Positions 46,235 to 55,225 of a stretch of 64,000 nucleotides of DNA are shown in pieces. Where the stretch lies: contig CAVIFQ010000009.1 in the NCBI GenBank assembly GCA_963642055.1, positions 1,322 through 65,321 on the forward strand, in the 5' to 3' direction. Under the pieces are notes generated by a model, which was not told the origin of the DNA, searched no databases, and worked only from the letters and a program-made list of their open reading frames with translations. The first letter of the stretch is position 1, and the number at the start of each line of letters is the position of its first letter. Origin of the DNA: Roseburia hominis. GTDB lineage: Bacteria; Bacillota_I; Bacilli_A; RFN20; CAG-826. Made by a program: the position numbers and the translations under genes.

Positions 46235-47665
46235 TCATTTGAAAAGCTCGTCGATGGTGATGACGGATGAAAAATCGTCTTTGTACGGGCTATCCGCTAG
46301 ACCATAGGTGGTGATGAGAGTAGGGACGATCCGATACTCCTTTTCAACTCTTTTCCTCAAGACATCGATCTTGTTCATGAGATTGAGGTGATATTCCTTG
46401 TCGACTTTGAATTCCGCGCTGAGGAATTTCATCTCGCAGAGGGAGATGATGTTGTCTTTGCGTTCGATAAGCAAATCGATCTGCGCGCCTTTTTCCTCTT
46501 TTTCTTTCATGAACCACGAGAATCGCATGGTGTTGATGCCTCTTATGCCGAGGGCGCGTTTGATTTCATCGAGGTGGGAAAAGCAGAGATTCTCGAAGGA
46601 GACGCCAACCCAATTGTTCTTATTGGAATCAGAGAAGAAATCATGGTCGAGCGAAGTTTGCTCATATACGTATTTGAGATAGAAAAGGCAAAATGGATCG
46701 ATCACCTTGTAGCGTTTTTTGTTCTTGCTCTCCTTGTATGGTACGTATTCGATGATGAAATCGCTGTGCTTTAAGGCTTTTAAAGTGTCCCCTACGATCG
46801 CCCCATCGGCGATATTGAGCTCCTTTAAAAGTTCTTTCCTCGTGTAGCCTTCTCTCTTCTTTGCGAGCGTCAAAATGAATTTTTTGGTGAGCTTCTCGTT
46901 ATCGAAGCTCGATGAGAGCAGATTATCAAATTCATTAGCCATCTTCGCGTCTTTTTTGAAGAAGAGATTGTCGATGTTCTCTTCTAGAGACATATGGTCG
47001 TCATAATAAGAAAGATAGTAGGGGATGCCGCCCAAAACCATATTCAGCATCGCGATTTTATAATTGCTTGTGTTGACGCCGAGGCTTCTTAAAAACTGTG
47101 CCGATTCCTTCAAGGAGAAAGGGGAGAGGCGAATGCTATAGGTAAGGCGGTCGTATAAGCCGCCGTGAGCGTTTATGAGATGATTATTGATCCAAGAGAT
47201 GGCAGAGCCACAGACAATGAACATAAGGTCTTTTTGCTTGCTTCCCCATTGGTTCCAGAACCAGGAAAAAGAACTCAAGAAAGAGGAACGCGGGGTATCT
47301 AGCCAAGGGAGCTCGTCAATGAAGACAACGTGCCTATTCCCATCGCGCTTGCTCTCCAATAAAGAGATTAGGAGCGTGAAAGCCTCAATCCAGGAACGAG
47401 GCTTCTTCCCTTTCTTCAATCCTTGGGAGAGGAGAGAACCGTAAAAAGATTCTAGCTGCGCCCTCATTTTCCCTCTCTCGTCATTTTGAAGGTCATCGGG
47501 GGCTGAACCGATGTGAGTGAAAATCATCTCATCGGCGAAAAGATTGTTTATCAAATACGTTTTGCCGACCCTTCTTCGCCCGTATACGGCCACAAGCTCT
47601 GGCTTGTCACTCGCGAAAAGGCGTTTCAGTTCTTTTATTTCTTTCTCTCTTCCGATGATTTCCAT
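46235..47665 (-). CDS. AAA/Arch-ATPase family protein with C-terminal PD-(D/E)xK-like motif (DUF234-type; paralog of 10358..11794)
   Basis: Walker A YGRRRVGKTYL, Walker B VFIDELPW, nuclease-like QIDLLIERKDNIISLCEMKF. Confidence 0.82.
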   Translation of the reverse strand: MEIIGREKEIKELKRLFASDKPELVAVYGRRRVGKTYLINNLFADEMIFTHIGSAPDDLQNDERGKMRAQLESFYGSLLSQGLKKGKKPRSWIEAFTLLISLLESKRDGNRHVVFIDELPWLDTPRSSFLSSFSWFWNQWGSKQKDLMFIVCGSAISWINNHLINAHGGLYDRLTYSIRLSPFSLKESAQFLRSLGVNTSNYKIAMLNMVLGGIPYYLSYYDDHMSLEENIDNLFFKKDAKMANEFDNLLSSSFDNEKLTKKFILTLAKKREGYTRKELLKELNIADGAIVGDTLKALKHSDFIIEYVPYKESKNKKRYKVIDPFCLFYLKYVYEQTSLDHDFFSDSNKNNWVGVSFENLCFSHLDEIKRALGIRGINTMRFSWFMKEKEEKGAQIDLLIERKDNIISLCEMKFLSAEFKVDKEYHLNLMNKIDVLRKRVEKEYRIVPTLITTYGLADSPYKDDFSSVITIDELFK

Positions 47666-47710
47666 CTTCGTTGCCTCCTTCTTTTATGATGATTATACAC
47701 TTTTAAAAAT

Positions 47711-47824
47711 AGTTTTTTGATACTTTAGGCTCAAAATCGCGTCGAAAGTATCAAAAAAGTCCGTTGGTTGATGGAGTTTTTTGAGTATTTCGACTTAAAT
47801 TTGAGCCGAAACACTCAATTTTTT
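47711..47824 (+). repeat. right copy of about 113-bp direct repeat, about 45 nt upstream of the start of 46235..47665
   Basis: Same two-module structure. By eye about 85 percent identical to 46122-46234. Confidence 0.9.
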
Positions 47825-47931
47825 AATTTTGGATTTGATGGTTTTTCTTATCGTTTCTCTCTTCTGCGAGAAAGTAGACACCGGTAAAGCCTTCTTTGAG
47901 AAAGGACCCGCCAAATGTATACTGCTCTTAG

Positions 47932-49374
47932 ATGAAAAGACTAGAAAATAAAAGAGGCGCGGAAGAGAAAGAAGCGGTGGTTGCTGAGCGCGTCATCCCT
48001 CCTTTCGAAACCTTTGGCTTAAAAAAGAAGGATTACGTCGGCTACGCCCTCGGCGACTTCGCGGGGTGTCTTTGCTTCTCGACGGTCACGACGATCCTCC
48101 AGAAGTACTACACGGATATCCTGGGGCTCGCGCCGCTATTCATCATGATCATGTTCATCGTCGCCCGCATCTGGGACGCCATCAACGATCCGATCATGGG
48201 GCGCATCGTCGATATCCGCCATCCTGGTAAAGAGGGCAGATACCGCGTCTGGATGAAGTGGGTGGCCATTCCTCTTGCTCTATCTACCATCCTCATGTTC
48301 CTCCCTTGGAGCGGCCTCGCCGAGAAGATGGGCGCCCTCGGCACGATGGTCTACGCGACTATTACCTACATCGCCTTCGGGATGCTCTACACCGTCCATC
48401 AGATCCCTTATGGGTCTTTGGCATCCGTCGTCACGACCGACGCGAAAGAGAGGAACAAGCTCTCCGTCTTCAGGAGCGCCGGCGCCGCTTTGGGCTCTAT
48501 CCCAGTCTTAATCATCACGATGGTCTGGTCGAAGAAGGTCGAGCAGGATGATGGCACAATTGTCAGCCAAATCCAGTATTTGCCGATCATAATCGGGGTG
48601 TCAGTTTTAGCCATTATCTCCGCAATAACCCTCTTTTTTGCTTATAAATGCAATAAGGAAAGGGTTTTTGACGGTGAAAAAGAACAAGAAAAAGAAAGTA
48701 GTCGCGTCGAGATAAAGCCGCTTTTGAAAAACCGCAATTACGTATCGGCTTGTTTCTCTATCATGCTTCTTTTGGCGGGGATGATGTTCATCCAATCTTT
48801 CTATGTTTATCTCTTCGCTATTTCATTCTCGATCAGCTGGATGTATTTCGCTTCGCAGCTTTGCCTTTTCCTTCCTCTAGCCGTGATGCCTTTCTTCATC
48901 GAGTCTTTTAACGATAAGCGCAGCGTGAAGTGGCTTTGCGTTTTCGCTGGCTTTCTCGCTTCTTTCCCTTATTTCGTCTTATCGCTCATGAAAGAGGCGA
49001 TTTTCGCCACTCCGTTCCTCTTTTTGCCTTTCTCTTTCATAAGCGGCATTGGCATTTCTCTTCTCGCTCTCGAGATTCCTTCTCTTGCCACTCTCGCTGC
49101 TGGTGAGGCTATAGATAAAACTGGCAATGACAACGGTCGAACCTCTAGAAGCGTTTATTCATTCTTCCAAAAAATGGGTGGGGTAATCGCTGCAATTGCC
49201 GTCAATATGACCCTTATCAACATTGATTACAAATCGCCTTACGAGACCCTTCAAAACGCGGAAACAATGGAAAGGGTGTACTCTATGGCAACCTTGATAC
49301 CTGGGATTTTGTTCTCACTTGTTGCTTTCATCCTCCTTTTCATATATCGAGATAAAAAGAGCAAGGCGGTCTAA
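47932..49374 (+). CDS. GPH (glycoside-pentoside-hexuronide):cation symporter family transporter
   Basis: 480 aa, 12 TM. Signature ARIWDAINDPIMGRIVD. Confidence 0.8.
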   Translation: MKRLENKRGAEEKEAVVAERVIPPFETFGLKKKDYVGYALGDFAGCLCFSTVTTILQKYYTDILGLAPLFIMIMFIVARIWDAINDPIMGRIVDIRHPGKEGRYRVWMKWVAIPLALSTILMFLPWSGLAEKMGALGTMVYATITYIAFGMLYTVHQIPYGSLASVVTTDAKERNKLSVFRSAGAALGSIPVLIITMVWSKKVEQDDGTIVSQIQYLPIIIGVSVLAIISAITLFFAYKCNKERVFDGEKEQEKESSRVEIKPLLKNRNYVSACFSIMLLLAGMMFIQSFYVYLFAISFSISWMYFASQLCLFLPLAVMPFFIESFNDKRSVKWLCVFAGFLASFPYFVLSLMKEAIFATPFLFLPFSFISGIGISLLALEIPSLATLAAGEAIDKTGNDNGRTSRSVYSFFQKMGGVIAAIAVNMTLINIDYKSPYETLQNAETMERVYSMATLIPGILFSLVAFILLFIYRDKKSKAV

Positions 49375-49706
49375 AATAGCGGTAATCGCAGTACTTTTCT
49401 CTCACAACCGCGTACCTTATAACGATATGTGAAACAAATATTCAAAAAGTTTCACATTTGAATTTTCGTTTTTAATTTCTTGTAGAAAAAAAGTTGAGCT
49501 ATATGGAACTCATTGAATTGATACATGAGAAAGAGGTGATTGTCTCAAGACTCGAAAAGATGATCTGCGGTTCAATCGAGATTAGAAACAAAAACGAGGA
49601 TATCAAATTCTTTCTTAAGCAATATTGTTTTACGAACGTGTAGGCAAAGTTGCATAGATGTAGTCAAATGCCCTGATATTTTATTCCGCAGTTTTCATCT
49701 CTTTTC

Positions 49707-49882
49707 GTGTGTTGAATCGTGTGTTGCGTCATGTGTTGTTAAGCCAATTAAAAGACTTCGCAAAGAGCAAAAGGTTGGAAAATTCCATTTTTAGGTCATT
49801 TTCAAGGTTGGAAAATTCAAGAAAATGGGCGTTTTCAAGGTTGGAAAATTCAAGAAAAGTGGCCTTTTCGAGGTTGGAAAAG
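49707..49882 (+). repeat. two word arrays: 3 x GTGTGTTG (period 12-13) then 4 x AGGTTGGAAAA(TTCAAGAAAA) (period about 33)
   Basis: Read directly upstream of 49938. Confidence 0.88.
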
Positions 49883-49937
49883 TTGATTGATGATATGAAA
49901 ACAGGCATAATGAGTGAAGAAAAAGGAAGTGAGGCAG

Positions 49938-51263
49938 ATGCTAAAGAGAAAGTTTGAGGCAAAACTAGAAGAATGGCTGAAGAGTGACAAAGTATTGCTC
50001 GTCGATGGGGCTAGACAAGTCGGAAAAAGCTTTTTGATCGACTATTTCTGCAAAAAGCATTTCGCGAATTACGTCCAGATTAACCTCGCTTTGGAAAGCG
50101 GGGCAATCGAGGCTTTCCGCTCCGTGAAAGACGTCGATGGCTTTTTATTGGCAGTCAGTGCCTTTTCATCTTCTCCTCTCGTTCCTAGAGAAACCGTCAT
50201 TTTCATCGATGAGATACAACTTGCGCAGGGTGTTGATTTTCTCACGCTTTCCAAAGGCCTCGCGCTCGATGGGCGTTATCGGTTCATCTTCTCGGGCTCG
50301 TTACTTGGAGTGAATGATTTCACCCCAAGGCTAAATCCGACAGGGTATTTGTACAAAGAGACGATGTATCCTCTCGATTTCGAGGAATTTCTCTACGCGA
50401 ATGGCGTGAATGAAGACGTTATCGCGACTTTGGAATCGTGTTTCAAGGAAAGAAAAGAGGTTCCTTCTTTCATTCACGAAAAGATGATTGATCTCTTCTA
50501 TCTATATCTATTGGTTGGAGGGATGCCAGATGCCGTGAATAGCTTTCTAGCGAGCAATGACCTCCAGACGATGAGAATAGTTTTCAAATCCATCGAATCC
50601 TTCTACCACGACGATATTGCGAAGTACGCCAAAAACGAGGATAAGCCCTACATATTGAGCGCTTACGATTTACTTCCGAGTGAACTGAACAGCAAATCCA
50701 AGCGTTTTATCCTCTCTAAGCGCGGAAATGGGTATTCCCTCAAGCGGAGCGAGAATGACTTCTTGTGGATGAAAGACGCTGGGATCGCCCTACCCGTCTA
50801 TAACGTCGATGAGCCGAAAATACCGCTTTTACTAAGCAAAAACAGCACGCTTTTCAAACTTTTCGCGAATGATGTGGGTTTACTTTCCTACCGCCTTTTC
50901 AATACGGGCGTCGAAAAGAAAATCCTCGCCCACGCAAAAGACATCAATTTTGGGAGTATCTTCGAAAACGCGGTCGCGATGGAATTAAACGCCCACGGCT
51001 TCAAAGATCATTTGTTCTATTTCTCGAGCAAGAAGCAAGGTGAGGTCGATTTCTTGCTTGAATACGAAGGCAAACTGTTGCCGATTGAAGTGAAATCAGG
51101 CAAAGACTACAAACGTCATGTGGCTCTTAACAATCTGCTCTCCAATAAGGAATACGATATTGAAGAAGCCTATATCTTCGGCAACTGCAATCTGGAAAGA
51201 AAAGGCAAGAAGACGTACTTCCCGATTTATATGATCGACTACGTCCGCCAAGAAGAGATTTAG
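49938..51263 (+). CDS. AAA_14-type ATPase with C-terminal PD-(D/E)xK-like motif (DUF4143-type)
   Basis: Start at MLKRKFE. Walker A DGARQVGKSFL, Walker B IFIDEIQ, C-terminal GEVDFLLEYEGKLLPIEVKSGK. Confidence 0.8.
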   Translation: MLKRKFEAKLEEWLKSDKVLLVDGARQVGKSFLIDYFCKKHFANYVQINLALESGAIEAFRSVKDVDGFLLAVSAFSSSPLVPRETVIFIDEIQLAQGVDFLTLSKGLALDGRYRFIFSGSLLGVNDFTPRLNPTGYLYKETMYPLDFEEFLYANGVNEDVIATLESCFKERKEVPSFIHEKMIDLFYLYLLVGGMPDAVNSFLASNDLQTMRIVFKSIESFYHDDIAKYAKNEDKPYILSAYDLLPSELNSKSKRFILSKRGNGYSLKRSENDFLWMKDAGIALPVYNVDEPKIPLLLSKNSTLFKLFANDVGLLSYRLFNTGVEKKILAHAKDINFGSIFENAVAMELNAHGFKDHLFYFSSKKQGEVDFLLEYEGKLLPIEVKSGKDYKRHVALNNLLSNKEYDIEEAYIFGNCNLERKGKKTYFPIYMIDYVRQEEI

Positions 51264-51614
51264 TCTCAATAGCAAAGGCACCCCATGAAGCCCGGGGGAA
51301 TCCCCCAGCTACTGGCGGGGTTCCCCCGGCTGAAGGAAGATTGCCTCTGAGTTAGCGATACTGCCTACATTGGATAAATTTGGAATGTTGTTCATTTTTT
51401 ATCAAAAATACAATTCTGTCTGGTGCCGGCATCCATTTTTTCAATGGCGGCGAAAATTGGCGTCTGCTCCCATAAATGAGGGTATTGAGGCCTTAAAAAT
51501 GCCAAAAACGGCATTTTTGGTATCGAAATCAATCCTAGAGAGAAAAGTGAAACAGGCGCAATTTTGATTTTTGTCGGTCTGACGATAGAGTATTTTTCGT
51601 TCAGGATCATTGCC

Positions 51615-52291
51615 ATGAAAAAGAGCGATCAGAGGAAAAAACATTCGATAATTGCGGGGGGGGGGCCTTACTTTTTGCTAATTTTCTCCTTGCGTCAGTA
51701 GGATTTTCCGCATGGGTAATCCAAACAAGTGTCGAAGCAAAAATCAAGGCAAGCGCCGACGATGTTATAGACCTCAATCAGTACTTTTACTTCCCGGATG
51801 ATCCAACGATTTTTGATTATACGAGTGATGGGCTAGTAAAAGACCACACTGTAGATTTGCAAACATTGGAAGGAATTATCGAGGTTCCATTTCGCATAGA
51901 CACAAAAAAAGGAAGAATCAAAGACCATCTTTCGACAAACGCTACAGGCTTTACTTTGACGACAATCTTAATTGATAAAAACAAGAATTTGGATCTTTTT
52001 TCTGTTTGTTCTATCAATGAGGTTAAATTGGCAATTTCAAACAAGACAAGTAACTTTTCTGATGATGACTATTCCTTGATTTCCTCGTTTAACTCTGTGT
52101 CGAAGAAAGAACTTAATTCAAACTTCCTTTTATCGAATTTTTCTTATATAAAATCTTCTTTGGTCTACTTTTCCACCAGGTATAGTATCACTTTCAACAC
52201 AGCTAATTTTAAAACGGATGTTTACGACAAACTGAGCAACGGCTCTTTTCATTTCGCTTTTAAGGCAGGTGGGATTTTCAATTATGAATAA
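51615..52291 (+). pseudogene. signal-anchored protein gene interrupted by a poly-G frameshift (phase-variable candidate)
   Basis: ATG at 51615 (MKKSDQRKKHSIIAGGG) runs into a stop after the G tract. The +1 frame continues ALLFANFLLASVGFSAWVIQTS... to 52291. The track only reports 51857..52291. Confidence 0.6.
51656..51665 (+). repeat. homopolymeric G tract (about 10 nt)
   Basis: attgcGGGGGGGGGGcctta, counted across the 51660/51661 line break. Confidence 0.85.
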
Positions 52292-55178
52292 CGCCAAGAA
52301 AATCCCTTTGGTCTTGTCAGCGTCGTTCTTAATGTCATATGTTGGCTATGGCGGTTGGGTTTTTAGCGCGTTTAAAGAAATGAGCGAATTTTCTACAAAA
52401 CCGGCACGAAAAGTTTGCTATATTAAAAATTCAAACGGAACCACTTACTATACTTCTTTGGATTACGCGCTTAATGTTGCTTCCGAAAATGGAATTAATG
52501 ATGAGATCTATGTAATTCCACAAGAAGGCACGGAGTTATGCCAACCGGTTGAAATTAGAAAATCGCACACTATAAAAAGCGGCGATTCTTTAAAACTTCC
52601 TTACGATAGTGAGACAACGAAACCAAGCGATTACACTGGAAGCGCGGTAATAGATAGTTCCAACAGCAATGTTAATAGTTATCGAAGAACACTTGTTGAA
52701 ATCTTGGATGGTTCGCAACTGATAATCGAAAGTGGTGCTTCCATGATCATTGGAGGAGTTTTCAACACTAAAGGCGTAACCGGAAAATACACTGAGCTTG
52801 ATTTGGATACGGATTCTTCGATTGTTTGCAGCGGGACAATGGAAGTTTACGGCTATATTAAGGAAAAAAACGGCAAATATTCTTCCAAGACTGATGGCAA
52901 AGAGCTAAACGAAAATGATCAAAACCGTTATATAAATTTTACTTCGACCGGATCGTTGACTTGCCCGTTGGCAATCAAAGATGCGCAATCCGGCGGCGTT
53001 ATGACAAGCCTTAACGACTCGGGGGTATGCCCAACGAATGAATTTAGCATTCAAGCCATCCAAACCTACACAACATTCGAATACGGTTCAAAAGCGGTTG
53101 CCTTGGCACGTATGACTGCCGCTAGCCAGAATATGGAAAGAAGGTGTGGCTTCATTGGAAAGGATGGGCCGACGAGCAGGCCCGCAGAAAATTGCATCTT
53201 TTACCTTCAATCAGGCAGCTCTTTGTCTATGGAATATGTTCCTTCAAAACCTGGGATTACTAATACTGAAGCTGGCACAGACTATTCAAAATTTGTTGTA
53301 AATGGAAAAGTTAATTTAGGGAGTCTTTATTTAGATGTTACTGTCACCACGATTGATACAACCAAATATTATTTTCCGCTATCTTATTTGATGAATTTGT
53401 ACATAGAAAACGGTGCTGAATTTGTTGTCGACCATCAATTTAAAATTTATCCAGGATCATCTTTGTTGATTAAAAATGGCGGCAAACTTAGCCTGAATTC
53501 TGACATGGTGGTCTATACATGCTCGGACTTGGCAAATTTAAATTCTTCTACGTCTTTTATATATCCCGTTTCAAAAATCGGGGCTGATGGAAGATTTATT
53601 GATAATGGGGCTTTCGTGCTTTCCAATCAAGGACATTTTGGAGGAAAAATCAATCATACAAATCCTGGTTATTCATCGATTGACTTTTCAAATGCCGAAT
53701 CAACGAACCTAGCTGCAGTTTCAATAGAAGGAACTACAAAAATAGCCATTAATAAGCAAGCAACTGGCATTTTCAAGACATCTCGCGGTTTTAAAGAAGC
53801 TTTAATTGCTGCAAAACAAATTGCTAGTTCTGCGAAAGAAGGAAGCGTGTTTTATTGGAAGGGTAATTACGAATTAACTGTGAATGTTTCCGTTGAATTG
53901 ACGAAGAAATATGATAATAGCGTATATGGCTATACCATCAGTTATGCCGATGATGCCAATGGCACTAACGCTGCGTTCTTATCCGCGGAAAACTCAACAG
54001 ATATAAAAACTTATCAGGCTAGCAATCAAAAATATATTAGGTTTGCAATCAAACGCACGGCTGGAATACAAGTTGATTTCGGCGACGGAGCAAAAATCGA
54101 AATAGATCAATCCAAATGGTATAAGGTTGGTGATGAAGACATTCGCGTCTATATCACGCCATTCGAGGGTGTTAGCGTAGATATTACCACTACCGGAAAT
54201 AGCGGTGCAGGACATGTTGTGTATACCTTATATGAGTCAGAACAAGAGAATGGGACTTTTGAACAAATCGGGTCTAACAGCACAGGCAAATTAAGCGTTA
54301 ATGTCATTAAAGGTAGATACTTCAAATTCACAACTTATTCACAAAATGGGTATTACTTTACAACGAAAACCGTGTTAAAGAATGGAACGAAAATAGGTGA
54401 GCACGGAAATAACAGCAATCTCGGAAACGATATTGTTTATCTTGCTGATGGTAACTATAAATTTGATTTTGGCTGGAATTTTTGTATTGCAGAATGGACT
54501 AAGGTGCTTCTTGCCGATGGCACCTACAAACAAGCTGGAGAAATCAAGACCGGAGACATGGTCATCTCGTTTAACCATGAGAACGGTAAATTCGAACCTA
54601 ACCGCGTTATCGGGAATGACGACATAAGCAAGCAAGCAGAGACGTATAATGTCGTGCATCTGGAGTTCTCGAACGGCAAATCGACTGATTTTATATATGA
54701 GCATGGATACTTCGACAAGACGCTTAACAAGTATGTGTATCTGCACGAAGACGATTTCGCCGATTATATAAATCACGATTTCGTTTTCTATGAGGACGGG
54801 TCAGTCACTGTGGGAAAATTGATTCGCGGATCAATCAGCAAGATTTTTACAAGGCTGGCGTCTCCCGCAACTGCCAATCATTTGAATTTGATTGTAGATG
54901 ACATGCTCTCAATTGGTGGTGGGCTTGACGGTCTCTTCAATATCTTTGAATACGATCTCGATACCCTTGCTTTCGATAAGGAAAAGATGAATGCCGATAT
55001 CGCCGAATATGGTCTATTGGGATACGAAAGCTTTGAGAAGTACTTCCCAAAGGAGATATACGATTTATTGCCTTGCAAGTATTTGGGTGTCTCTATCGGA
55101 AAAGGTCTCATCACCTGGGATATTTTCGAGGGATATGTCAACAAATGGAAAGACCAGCTACTCGAGAATCTAAAATGA
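52284..55178 (+). CDS. large secreted or anchored protein with C-terminal Hint (Hedgehog/intein-like) domain
   Basis: ATG overlaps the upstream stop (ATGAATAA). N-terminal signal anchor KKIPLVLSASFLMSYVGYGGWVF. Residues about 734-876: CIAEWTKVLLADGTYKQAGEIKTGDMVIS ... IYEHGYF ... ANHLNLIVDDMLS. Confidence 0.75.
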   Translation: MNNAKKIPLVLSASFLMSYVGYGGWVFSAFKEMSEFSTKPARKVCYIKNSNGTTYYTSLDYALNVASENGINDEIYVIPQEGTELCQPVEIRKSHTIKSGDSLKLPYDSETTKPSDYTGSAVIDSSNSNVNSYRRTLVEILDGSQLIIESGASMIIGGVFNTKGVTGKYTELDLDTDSSIVCSGTMEVYGYIKEKNGKYSSKTDGKELNENDQNRYINFTSTGSLTCPLAIKDAQSGGVMTSLNDSGVCPTNEFSIQAIQTYTTFEYGSKAVALARMTAASQNMERRCGFIGKDGPTSRPAENCIFYLQSGSSLSMEYVPSKPGITNTEAGTDYSKFVVNGKVNLGSLYLDVTVTTIDTTKYYFPLSYLMNLYIENGAEFVVDHQFKIYPGSSLLIKNGGKLSLNSDMVVYTCSDLANLNSSTSFIYPVSKIGADGRFIDNGAFVLSNQGHFGGKINHTNPGYSSIDFSNAESTNLAAVSIEGTTKIAINKQATGIFKTSRGFKEALIAAKQIASSAKEGSVFYWKGNYELTVNVSVELTKKYDNSVYGYTISYADDANGTNAAFLSAENSTDIKTYQASNQKYIRFAIKRTAGIQVDFGDGAKIEIDQSKWYKVGDEDIRVYITPFEGVSVDITTTGNSGAGHVVYTLYESEQENGTFEQIGSNSTGKLSVNVIKGRYFKFTTYSQNGYYFTTKTVLKNGTKIGEHGNNSNLGNDIVYLADGNYKFDFGWNFCIAEWTKVLLADGTYKQAGEIKTGDMVISFNHENGKFEPNRVIGNDDISKQAETYNVVHLEFSNGKSTDFIYEHGYFDKTLNKYVYLHEDDFADYINHDFVFYEDGSVTVGKLIRGSISKIFTRLASPATANHLNLIVDDMLSIGGGLDGLFNIFEYDLDTLAFDKEKMNADIAEYGLLGYESFEKYFPKEIYDLLPCKYLGVSIGKGLITWDIFEGYVNKWKDQLLENLK

Positions 55179-55225
55179 AGTGACTCTAAGTCAGCCTCAA
55201 AATATGTCGATGTGTCTTTGACACT

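Noticed and set aside
49427-49455. TGTGAAAC-N13-GTTTCACA as a CRP/FNR-type site
   Set aside because: The spacing between the TGTGA and TCACA cores is far larger than the 6 nt of CRP-family sites. It lies just after the GPH transporter stop, so it is more likely a weak terminator hairpin.
49503-49643. 46-codon ORF MELIELIHEKEVIVSRLEKMICGSIEIRNKNEDIKFFLKQYCFTNV
   Set aside because: It might be the N-terminal stub of a larger DNA-binding or recombinase-associated gene. It is too short and I cannot assign a family, and it has no clear RBS.
54483-54912. A true intein in the large surface protein
   Set aside because: The Hint-like segment sits near the C-terminus with only about 88 residues after it. 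There is no homing-endonuclease insert and no evident C-extein continuation of a conserved host protein. A Hedgehog, BIL or PT-HINT-type autoprocessing domain fits better.
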